Assembly: GCF_964355755.1 (NCBI RefSeq)
Contig: NC_092672.1
Location: 1,736,001-1,800,000 of the forward strand
Direction: 5' to 3'
From: Antedon mediterranea
Taxonomy: Eukaryota; Animalia; Echinodermata
Length of the DNA stretch: 64,000 nucleotides
In this document: positions 12,770-22,691 of the stretch, piece after piece
Position numbering within the stretch: the first letter of the stretch is position 1
How the letters are laid out: each line of letters opens with the position of its first letter
Translations under genes and position numbers: made by a program
The notes under the pieces: generated by a model
Told to the model about the DNA's origin: nothing
Seen by the model: the letters and a program-made list of their open reading frames with translations, nothing else
Databases searched by the model: none

Positions 12770-13395
12770 GCCTATTATTTTGTAACTTCTTTATACTTTA
12801 ATATCCTACCCTATTATTTTGTAACTTCTTTATACTTTAATATCATACCCTATTATTTTGTAACTTCTTTATACTTTAATATCATACCCTATTATTTTGT
12901 AACTTCTTTATACTTTAATATCTTACCCTATTATTTTGTAACTTCTTTATACTTTAATATCTTACCCTATTATTTTGTAACTTCTTTATACTTTAATATC
13001 TTACCCTATTATTTTGTAACTTCTTTATACTTTAATATCATACCCTATTATTTTGTAACTTCTTTATACTTTAATATCATACCCTATTATTTTGTAACTT
13101 CTTTATACTTTAATATCATACCCTATTATTTTGTAACTTCTTTATAGTTTAATATCATACCCTATTATTTTGTAACTTCTTTATTCTTTAATATCCTACC
13201 CTATTATTTTGTAACTTCTTTATACTTTAATATCCTACCCTTTTATTTTGTAACTTCTTTATACTTTAATATCCTACCCTATTATTTTGTAACTTCTTTA
13301 TACTTTAATATCATACCCTATTATTTTGTAACTTCTTTATACTTTAATATCATACCCTATTATTTTGTAACTTCTTTATACTTTAATATCATACC
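12770..13395 (+). repeat. 39-bp minisatellite, about 16 copies, upstream of the zinc-finger gene
   Basis: Unit CCCTATTATTTTGTAACTTCTTTATACTTTAATATC(A/C/T)TA. Confidence 0.95.
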
Positions 13396-14037
13396 TAACC
13401 CATCAAATATTCGTATACAGAAAATACAAATAAATAAAAAATATATAAATCTACAGGCGCGGCATAGAAGAAATTCTAAACCGATATACTGGTAATTCAA
13501 GTCTCACAAAGACGCTACTACAGTATCTCCTTATTTTTTTGTTTGGTACGTATACGTGTCGGTTAGCGAGAAATGAATTCAATAAAACGTATGAAGGTAA
13601 ATTAATGTAAAAACCCGCCCCCGAGAGTATGACTAAAGTCGGAAGTAAGGGGATATTGTTCCCGGACCTTTTCGGAAGTGGGTACATGTGATGATCAACT
13701 TAATTTTCATTTACACTTTACAAAACCTGTCTACCACGTCAAGCACACATTGCTAGTTTATGGAATTCCACCGATGATTTATCTTTGCTGAATTCCTCAC
13801 ACATGAAGTCATCGTCCTTCTTGAGAGAATACGTCAAAACATTCAGCCTTAACAACGGTCTCCAGACGCTACTTGGTAGAAGTCAGCGTCAATTTATCTT
13901 CAAAGGAATTCCAATGTTCTCTTTTAGTAGGCCACCAGGAATTTAACCTAGTAGGTCACGTAGGTCACTTCAGATAATATAGAAAGGAAATTTGAATTGT
14001 CGACTGTTGAGTGTTCCCGAGAAAATGTCTATATCAC

Positions 14038-15876
14038 CAGGCCCGTAGCCAGGGGGGGTTTTTATGGTTCGGGCGAACCCCGGCCCCCTTTACAGCGAAC
14101 CCCCCTTAACCGACTGCGAACCCCCATCCCCGACATGCCCAATACCTCACCCTCATCTCCGAAAATCGTCCAAATACGTGCCCCACAGTACAAAAAGTTG
14201 TTCGTAAATTTAAAAATTCGTAAACTCGTTCGGAATAACTCATACAGTACCTTCTTCCCTGTATGAGCGTACTTCGAGCGATATAGTCTGTAAATTTCTA
14301 AGAGTTGCAAATGAATTGCCGATTTTAACCTGAAAAATAAATGTTTGGTCCCTGCATTCAACATGATATTGACGCGTCTCACAGCGAGCTGGGGGACGAA
14401 CGATTCGTACAAAGGAAAGGACACCGCCAGACAACTGCGTACCAATTGTTTAGATCACTGGCAGTCAGGCAGCATGCATAAAGTATATAGCCTTCCGACA
14501 TACATCAGTATTTATGTGTGGCTATGAAGTATAATGTATCATAGAGGATTATAGTGAATATTAATATTTTACACTATAATATCTATGGTATCATGTACTG
14601 TAGTTCACATTATGGCATCCGATTATTTTTTTCTAGACCACCAGCCGATACGTACTCAAATGTATCAATATCACCTATTTACATTGGCATATTTAATTTC
14701 CTCAACAAATTGCTGTAAATAAATATTATAGATAGCTATAATAAGAATTGCATTTTCCTTCACCCAGTGTGCTTTTTTCGGGGCTTCTCCTAGACGTACG
14801 TTCGCATTGAACTTGAACGCAAAACAAAATATCGAGTAAAATGATCTAACAATCGGCGGTTCCGCACAGAGCACGCGCATCTAACATACGGCAACAAATG
14901 TTATCGTTTAAATAGTCCACGAGTCAAAGTACGATCGTTTTGCTCATCATTGGTAGCATGCTGCATGAAAGTGTCTTTTCCGGCCATCTAGGGGTGTCAT
15001 TTAACAAAATTTGCTTCGCCGATACGTACTCAAATGTATCAATATCACCTATTTACATTGGCATATTTAATTTCCTCAACAAATTGCTGTAAATAAATAT
15101 TATAGATAGAGCTATAATAAGAATTGCATTTGCCTTCACCCAGTGTGCTTTTTTCGGGGCTTCTCCTAGACGTACGTTCGCATTGAACTTGAACGCAAAA
15201 AAAAATATCGAGTAAAATGATCTAACAATCGGCGGTTCCGCACAGAGCACGCGCATCTAACATACGGCAACAAATGTTATCGTTTAAATAGTCCACGGAT
15301 CCAAGTACGATCGTTTTGCTCATTGGTAGAATGCTGCATGAGAGTGTCTTTTCCGGCCATCAAGGGGTGTAATTTAACAAAATTTGCTTCGCCGATACGT
15401 ACTCAAATGTATCGATATCACCTATTTACATTGGCATATTTAATTTCCTCAACAAATTGCTGTAAATAAATATTATAGATAGAGCTATAATAAGAATAGC
15501 ATTTTCCTTCACCCAGTGTGCTTTTTTCGGGGCTTCTCCTAGACGTACGTTCGCATTGAACTTGAACGCAAAACAAAATATCGAGTAAATGATCTAACAA
15601 TCGGCGGTTCCGCACAGAGCACGCGCATCTAACATACGGCAACAAATGTTATCATTTAAATAGTCCACGGGTCCAAGTACGATCGTTTTGCTCATTGGTA
15701 GCATGCTGCATGAGAGTGTCTTTTCCGGCCATCTAGGGGTGTGATTTAACAAAATTTGCTTCGCCTCAGGCCCCACCCCAGGGGGGGGGGGGGTAGGTAT
15801 GGGGGTGGGGTGACCCAAATACTTAGTGTGCGAACCCCCCCCCCCCCCCCCTTGACAGATCCTGGCTACGGCCCTG
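14038..15876. mobile_element. Non-autonomous DNA transposon, hAT-like termini with 5-bp TSD (hAT5-like)
   Basis: TIRs CAGGCCCGTAGCCAGG / CCTGGCTACGGCCCTG; ATCAC flanks both ends; C/G-run subterminal regions; no transposase ORF. Confidence 0.7.
14644..15765 (+). repeat. Three tandem copies of a roughly 373-bp unit inside the transposon
   Basis: Units start GCCGATACGTACTCAAATGTATC at about 14644, 15018 and 15391. Confidence 0.92.
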
Positions 15877-16198
15877 ATCACCAACATCAGGAGTTGAACG
15901 CAACGCAAGAATGTACGCGCAAAGCAGGTGTATTACTCATCGTTACGGATACGGTACGTCTCCTGCGTCCTACTTGCGTTGTGTAGTTGTTGGAATTGAA
16001 CAAGATTGGAATCTTGGTTCAACACAATATATAAGAGGAGGAACTGCCGCTTGCCATTAGTCAGCTTGCGCTAAGTCTACGTCATTGCGTCACGTTCCCG
16101 TCCTAGTACTGTACGTGTCAACCAATCTTTACAAGGCAATCGCATAACGCGCGCGCTCATGAAATTATACTATTTTTTATATCTATATTATTTTTGAC

Positions 16199-16228
16199 CA
16201 GGAAAGAGTATAATTTCACTCTTCTGCG
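16199..16228. mobile_element. 30-bp degenerate hairpin insertion (CAGGAAAGAGT...ACTCTTCTGCG) with 8-bp TSD TTTTTGAC
   Basis: TTTTTGAC at 16191-16198 and 16229-16236; termini resemble the element at 25938. Confidence 0.55.
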
Positions 16229-16881
16229 TTTTTGACAGCCTGTACTCTACTAAGCGCTATCCCATAATCCAGTCTGGATTCGCTCGCCCCTTTTATTGAT
16301 TGGTGTTCTGGCAGTCACGGCGGCAGTACGTTTTACACACTCCTCTGAACAACAGGCGTGGCAGTAAAGTAAACAAATATAAATTCCATCAAACGCTCTG
16401 GTTTTATTTGTAAACGAAATATACCGCCTCAAGCGGCAACTTTTATGTAGAAAAATTGTAAGAAAATAAAACATTTTTTTCTGAAAGTATCAGACTTTAG
16501 AAAGTATATGAAAATGTACATTGCATGGCAGTTAAACAAATATATACATGAACTTTTTAAAAATACTGTAAGGATGAAAACAAAATATGTATCAATACAG
16601 ATCGGTCCCACTACGAATAGCGCGTTGCCGGGGACGCAGACGCGCGCGCCATACTGACTTATTGATAAAAATATCACTGTGTCAATAATAGTAATATAAT
16701 AGTTAGAATCAAGGCATCAATATGATAGAACACCACTGAGAATTTGTACTTTTAAAAGTGTACTTAAAATCAAGATACCAGTTTTCATTATACAAAAATA
16801 AAAAATAACTTTTTAGTCCTAGTACTACTACTATAGACGTTTGCTAGCATCAAGGTGATTCAATTATGAAAATCTGCTGGA

Positions 16882-19800
16882 CTAAAAATATGATTCTTTA
16901 CGGGTACAGGTATCTTCGTCAGAAACGTGTTTGCGTTCATGTTTATTCCGGTCACTACTCAAAGCAAACATCAAGCCACAGAAAAAACACTCGTGAGTTT
17001 TGTCCATTTTATGGGCTAGTTCATGTCGTTTCAAATTGTCCAGGTTATTGAACTCTCTGCCACAGTGCGCGCAACTGTTGTGCGTACCGCGTGTTTCTCC
17101 TTCATCGATATCCTTCCCACTATTGATGTCTACAGGCGTACCAAATTTCTCCTTTCCAGATTTAGCATAGCAAGCATCGACTACGTCATGTACTAAATTA
17201 GAAAAGGATTGTTCTTGCTTGTGATCAAATAATTTCGGTGCATTATGAATAGGTATGTGAGCTCCTAATTTTGCTAAACTGACGAATTTCATGCTGCACT
17301 TTTCACACGAAAATAATCGGACACTTGTTATCTTTGTGCGTGCAAGAGTCGTTGTCGAGGTTTTGCGTTGAATATTGTTAGCAAGTGGCGTTGTGTGGCT
17401 GGAATTCTTATCAACAGTTTTATGTTCATTATTGTTAGCAAGTGGCGTTACAAGATCGCTGGAATTCTTATCAACTTTTTGGTGTTCATTATTGTTAGCA
17501 TGTGGCGTTGCGAGATCGCTGGGATTCTTATCAACTTTGTTGTGCTCATTATTGTTAGCATGTGGTGTTACAAGATCGCTGGAATTCTTATCAACTTTTT
17601 GGTGTTCATTATTGTTAGCAAGTGGCGTTGCGAGATCGCTGGGATTCTTATCAACTTTGTTGTGTTCATTATTGTTAGCAAGTGGCGTTGCGAGATCGCT
17701 GGGATTCTTATCAATTTTGTTGTGTTCATTATTGTTAGCATGTGGTGTTACAAGATCGCTGGAATTCTTATCAACAGTTTTGTGTCCATTATTTTCAGGA
17801 GACTCGATAGCAGTAGCACTCGTGGTTGTATGCTGTTCTTTTGAAGTGGTCTCATTAGCGTTAATACCTCCGCATAACAACCGTGTATCGCGTACCTTCG
17901 TCGTATTGGAAATGCGACAACCGCTAGTTTTAGATGTGGCGTTGTTGTTTTTGGTATCTACAGTCGAAATCACATTGTGATGATTGGAAATAGGAGCGTT
18001 ATGTAACAGAACATTGCATTCTTTAATAGCAGGCACTAGATGTATGTGTGGTTTAATTTGGTGCACAAGCGTCAGACTGGCTGCTGTCACAGATGGAGAA
18101 CTTTGTTTTTTTGAGGTAGTTTCTATTGGAGTGTTCAACGTGGGACTGGCTGTCGGAGATGAGGAACTTTGTTTCTTTGAGATAGTTTCTAGGCCTACTG
18201 GAGTGTTCGGCGTGGGATTGGCTGTTGTAGATAAGGAACTTTGTTTATTTGAGATAGTTTCTAGGCCTACTGGAGTGTTCGGCGTGGGATTGGCTGTTGT
18301 AGATAAGGAACTTTGTTTCTTTGAGATAGTTTCTACAGGCGTGTTCGGCGTGGGATTGGCTGTCGTAGATGAGGAACTTTGTTTATTTGAGATAGTTTCT
18401 AGGCCTACTGGAGTGTTCGGCGTGGGATTGGCTGTTGTAGATAAGGAACTTTGTTTCTTTGAGATAGTTTCTACAGGCGTGTTCGGCGTGGGATTGGCTG
18501 TCGTAGATGAGGCACTTGGTTTATTTGAGATAGTTTCTAGGCCTACTGGAGTGTTCGGCGTGGGATTGGCTGTCCTAGATGAGGAACTTTGATTCTTTGA
18601 GGTAGTTTCTACTGGAGTGTTTGACCAGGGAGTTGTAACTCCCTGGTGAGACGTGGGACTGGCTGTTGGAGATGAGGAACTTTGTTTCTTTGAGATAATT
18701 TCTACTGGAGTGTTCGGCGCGGGACTGGCTGTCCTAGATGAGGCACTTTGTTTATTTGAGATAGTTTCTAGGCCTACTGGAGTGTTCGGCGTGGGATTGG
18801 CTGTCCTAGATGAGGAACTTTGATTCTTTGAGGTAGTTTCTACTGGAGTGTTTGACCAGGGAGTTGTAACTCCCTGGTGAGACGTGGGACTGGCTGTTGG
18901 AGATGAGGAACTTTGTTTCTTTGAGATAATTTCTACTGGAGTGTTCGGCGCGGGACTGGCTGTCCTAGATGAGGCACTTTGTTTATTTGAGATAGTTGCT
19001 AGGCCTACTGGAGTGTTCGGCGTGGGATTGGCTGTCCTAGATGAGGAACTTTGATTCTTTGAGGTAGTTTCTACTGGAGTGTTCGGCGCGGGACTGGCTG
19101 TCCTAGATGAGGCACTTTGTTTCTTTGAGATAATTTCTACTGGAGTGTTCGGCGCGGGACTGGCTGTCCTAGATGAGGCACTTTGTTTCTTTGAGATAGT
19201 TTCTACTGGAATGTTTGACGTGGGACTGGCTGTCCTAGATGAGGCACTTTGTTTCTTTGAGATAGTTTCTACTGGAATGTTTGACGTGGGACTGGCTGTT
19301 GGAGATGAGGAACTTTGTTTCTTTGAGATAGTTTCTAGGCCTACGAGAGTGTTCGGCGTTGGATTGGCTGTCGGAGATGAAATTCGTTGCTTCTTGGGGC
19401 TAGTCTCCACTGGGTTACCTTTACGTTTTTTGTGCTGTGGATCAATAAGAACCGTAAGCCGTTTATCCTTTAATATCTGTGCAAGAGAAGACGAAACGGT
19501 CTTTGGTTTGGAGCAGCTTACCACTTTATCAATTTTGGTTCCAGCAATTCTATCAATTTTCAATTTCTTAACGATCCCTGACAACGTGATCTGTGCAGCT
19601 GTCAATTCCTTGGGTTGTTTTTTCTTTGAAGTTACTTCTTTATGGACCGAGTTCAATGTAATAGAAGGTGCCAAAGACGTCAGTTTTCCATTAGCGTCTA
19701 TAAGAGCCATATCAATATTTTCAGAAAATGATATTCGTCTTTTATTGCGTCCTAAGCAAAGATTTCTTTTGAAGATCGGACGCGGACTTTTCAAAATGGA

Positions 19801-20742
19801 CTTCAACGGTGACTTTGTCTGGTCAATTTTGTATTGGGATGATATCCTTTTCTTTAGAGGTAAATGGTCCGGCTTCGGCGCCGAAGGTTCTGAAGTGTCA
19901 TTAATAGACGGTCGTTTTTTAGGAATGCTTTTATTACGATGTCTTGCTACCGTATCCGTATTGTCTTTCGTCATATGTTTGCTTATATGTGGGCTAATCT
20001 CCTCAATGCTGCTACTATTTGTATTGTATCCATCCATACTAGACGTCTGTACCTTTGTAGTCGTTGATCGATTTTCTTCAGTTCCGTTAGATGGTTCTTT
20101 TGTGGTGTGCATTTGTGTATCTTTTTTTATACCACAACTTGTTTTGAAATTGTCTAAATATCGTTCGAATTCATTAAAGAAAGACCTATCGGATATGCAA
20201 TCTACATCATCACTATCGGACGATATGAAAATAGGATCGTCATTAACACAGATATCTGGCGGTTTATCGCAATTCTGAGGTGACCCCGTGACATTGTTTA
20301 AACTTCGGATGATACACGGTTTACTTTGTAATTCTTTAGAATGTTCAGCATTATTTACAAACTTGTTATAGTACGATTTTAACGTACTTCGTGACTTCTT
20401 CTTATACTTCTTGGCAATAATCGTGCGTTCAACGTTCTTGGGCATAACAGATTCTTGGCGTGTTGATTTCTTAATAGGACTACTTCCGATATCAGATGCT
20501 ATAACAGATTCCTGTCGTTTTGATTTCTTCCTGTGACTACTTCCGAAATCGGATGCTAAAGATTCCTGGTGGTGTGTGGACGTTTTGTTTGGACTACTTC
20601 CGAAATCCGATGCTAAAGATTCCTGGTGGTGTGGCGATTTCTTTTTTGGACTACTTCCGAAATCGGATGCCGACTGTGTCACGTACCACTGCAGATATCT
20701 TGACTTCTTAACCATATTCTTTATTTTTCTTCTGTCCACCAT
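16882..20742 (-). CDS. Large low-complexity nuclear protein (about 1286 aa from MVDRRK) with Ser/Thr/Pro tandem repeats and three C-terminal C2H2 fingers
   Basis: Uninterrupted 3.9-kb frame. Acceptor TTGCATTTAG lies just upstream of ATG 20742; fingers CEKC..H..H, CAHC..H...H and CFFC..H...H; basic NLS-like clusters. Confidence 0.8.
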   Translation of the reverse strand: MVDRRKIKNMVKKSRYLQWYVTQSASDFGSSPKKKSPHHQESLASDFGSSPNKTSTHHQESLASDFGSSHRKKSKRQESVIASDIGSSPIKKSTRQESVMPKNVERTIIAKKYKKKSRSTLKSYYNKFVNNAEHSKELQSKPCIIRSLNNVTGSPQNCDKPPDICVNDDPIFISSDSDDVDCISDRSFFNEFERYLDNFKTSCGIKKDTQMHTTKEPSNGTEENRSTTTKVQTSSMDGYNTNSSSIEEISPHISKHMTKDNTDTVARHRNKSIPKKRPSINDTSEPSAPKPDHLPLKKRISSQYKIDQTKSPLKSILKSPRPIFKRNLCLGRNKRRISFSENIDMALIDANGKLTSLAPSITLNSVHKEVTSKKKQPKELTAAQITLSGIVKKLKIDRIAGTKIDKVVSCSKPKTVSSSLAQILKDKRLTVLIDPQHKKRKGNPVETSPKKQRISSPTANPTPNTLVGLETISKKQSSSSPTASPTSNIPVETISKKQSASSRTASPTSNIPVETISKKQSASSRTASPAPNTPVEIISKKQSASSRTASPAPNTPVETTSKNQSSSSRTANPTPNTPVGLATISNKQSASSRTASPAPNTPVEIISKKQSSSSPTASPTSHQGVTTPWSNTPVETTSKNQSSSSRTANPTPNTPVGLETISNKQSASSRTASPAPNTPVEIISKKQSSSSPTASPTSHQGVTTPWSNTPVETTSKNQSSSSRTANPTPNTPVGLETISNKPSASSTTANPTPNTPVETISKKQSSLSTTANPTPNTPVGLETISNKQSSSSTTANPTPNTPVETISKKQSSLSTTANPTPNTPVGLETISNKQSSLSTTANPTPNTPVGLETISKKQSSSSPTASPTLNTPIETTSKKQSSPSVTAASLTLVHQIKPHIHLVPAIKECNVLLHNAPISNHHNVISTVDTKNNNATSKTSGCRISNTTKVRDTRLLCGGINANETTSKEQHTTTSATAIESPENNGHKTVDKNSSDLVTPHANNNEHNKIDKNPSDLATPLANNNEHNKVDKNPSDLATPLANNNEHQKVDKNSSDLVTPHANNNEHNKVDKNPSDLATPHANNNEHQKVDKNSSDLVTPLANNNEHKTVDKNSSHTTPLANNIQRKTSTTTLARTKITSVRLFSCEKCSMKFVSLAKLGAHIPIHNAPKLFDHKQEQSFSNLVHDVVDACYAKSGKEKFGTPVDINSGKDIDEGETRGTHNSCAHCGREFNNLDNLKRHELAHKMDKTHECFFCGLMFALSSDRNKHERKHVSDEDTCTRKESYF
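17375..17790 (-). repeat. 60-bp coding tandem repeat (20-aa unit NNNEHxKVDKNxSDLxTPxA), about 7 copies
   Basis: Direct reading within the ORF. Confidence 0.9.
18090..19380 (-). repeat. 66/72-bp coding tandem repeat (22/24-aa unit TPV(GL)ETISKKQSSSSxTAxPTPN) with a 231-bp higher-order duplication
   Basis: Direct reading within the ORF. Confidence 0.9.
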
Positions 20743-22364
20743 TTTAAGATTATTTTCTAAATGCAAGGAAATAGAATGCGTTAATACAGAGATCCAACAG
20801 AATATAAATATAAAGGGGTTAGGTAGGCACATGATAAAAGTTAATACAACTTCACAGATGTCCACTGGGAATATTAAGATTAACAGCGGCCGTATGACCC
20901 GACGTCCGACAATACACAGACAGAGGCCGTACACGTATTCCCGCGGATGGACAGTGTAATACAAATACGAATATATTTATTCATCAAATCACAATATCCC
21001 CAATGTTTCAAGAAAATGATGAAATGTGGGTATCAGGAAAACCAGGTTTGTATGAAGAGAGACCCCAGATTACTTAAATAAAAACAACAATAAAAATGGT
21101 CTATTTAATACAGTATTAGTGCGTTGTGGTGTTCATATCAGCTGATCTTGATCGGATCTCCGTTAGACAGAAGTGGTGGTTAATCAACCATGCAGGGCCG
21201 TACCACTTTACTGAGATGCAAGTTTTACAGAATCTTATAAAAACCAGGGAGTTTAAACAATGACATAAGGCTGGTACTAAAAACTAAAAAAATGCTCAAC
21301 AGAATAACAGTAATTGTATCAACTAGGAATAGAACAATTATCAACTGTGAAAATTGCAAGACAAAGGTCAAAGGAGTGGAGACGATTTTGAGATCATCTT
21401 ACTTAAAAAATCAAGGCTTAAAAAAAACATGACATTGTAGGTAATTAACATAACAATGCTGAAAGCCATAAACACACAACAGTTATATTGAAAAAAACCT
21501 CCCTAAAATATTGTAGCTGTTTTTCTGTGGGAATCGCCCGGATTTTTTGGTACATAAATAATAAATAACAAATTACAATGTTTCAAAATAATCATAGTTC
21601 AAGAAAGACAAAATAAAGCAAGGAAAAAAGAAAGAAATGTAGAGGCCTACGGTATAGGATTTAAAATAAAGAAGATCTTACTTACGAAACAAACAAGGAT
21701 TTGTGTGCATGTAATATAGTAACGTACTATGTATGCCACAAACTATAACATTGGATTGAGACTATATATACGGCGGCCTTACACTGTATGACCGGGATAG
21801 AGAGGGAAATGTAAATGTAGGGAATTAATGATATCCATATATATATTTATTGGATACAATTGTGTAACTGTACAGTTAAAAATACGATAGAAATAAAAAC
21901 AAATGTAGACATTCTTTACATTTCAGTTTAATTAATACTGTATATAGGAGGCCTCTATATTACTATTACACAACGTGCAAAACACAAAAGACTCAAACAC
22001 AGGTACAAAATGTAAGCAAGTGCTTTATTGGTGTTGCTCTGACTGTGAATGGTCTTTCTGTTCAAAACAAAGAAAATACACTTATTACTAAAATAGGAAT
22101 TAAAGCTAATTTACTTATGGCCGAAACCAATGACCAAAGGATTATAAAATGGTTAATCTTATAAACAAATAGTGGACCACAGGCATTTCCAGATTACCCT
22201 ATGGGGAGTAAATCTGGTGTCTATTCACATTTTAAGTCGGAAACCAATCAACAAAATACAGTACAGTATCTTGTTTAGCGTGGAATAAAATATATAACTA
22301 TCTTGTTGTAATGCAAGTTGTTTTAATTCATTTTACAAACATTTAATTTCCACAGGGCAGCATG

Positions 22365-22691
22365 GGGTGTCTAGAAAACTCAGATCTCAGATATATCTGA
22401 GTTTTCTAGATCTAGAAAACTCAGATATCTGAGTTTTCTAGATCTATCTAGTAGGCTGCTACTACGAGTTCCAATAATTATTATTATTAGTAAGAAAACG
22501 TATAATACTGTGTAGTATTTCAAATATGCTACCCTCTAATAATAATGGAACGATCCATTTGATGATCTGGGTTTTCTAGTTCCATTTTGGAACTAGAAAA
22601 GTCAGATATTGATATCTGAGTTTTGTAGATCTAGAAAACTCAGATAATATCCGAGATCTGAGTTTTCTAGATCTGAGTTTTTTAGACACCC
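22365..22691. mobile_element. Foldback MITE with 9-bp TSD (Mutator-like)
   Basis: TIRs GGGTGTCTAGAAAACTCAGATCT / AGATCTGAGTTTTTTAGACACCC; GGCAGCATG at 22356-22364 and 22692-22700; subterminal AGAAAACTCAGAT repeats in both orientations. Confidence 0.75.

Noticed and set aside
12701-13395. CRISPR-like periodicity and the PYYFVTSLYFNII ORF (also the 34-bp array at 26510)
   Set aside because: Head-to-tail tandem units with no unique spacers, no cas genes, and a eukaryotic context.
14671-15645. Three similar short ORFs (MRVLCAEPPIVRSF...)
   Set aside because: They are copies of the internal tandem unit of a non-autonomous transposon; frames differ between copies.
17368-20959. Long plus-strand ORFs opposite the large zinc-finger ORF
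   Set aside because: Antisense shadows of coding tandem repeats with no domain features.
20743-20964. Hydrophobic N-terminal extension of the 1360-aa ORF
   Set aside because: Begins at a non-ATG codon and lies upstream of a good splice acceptor, so it is probably intronic.
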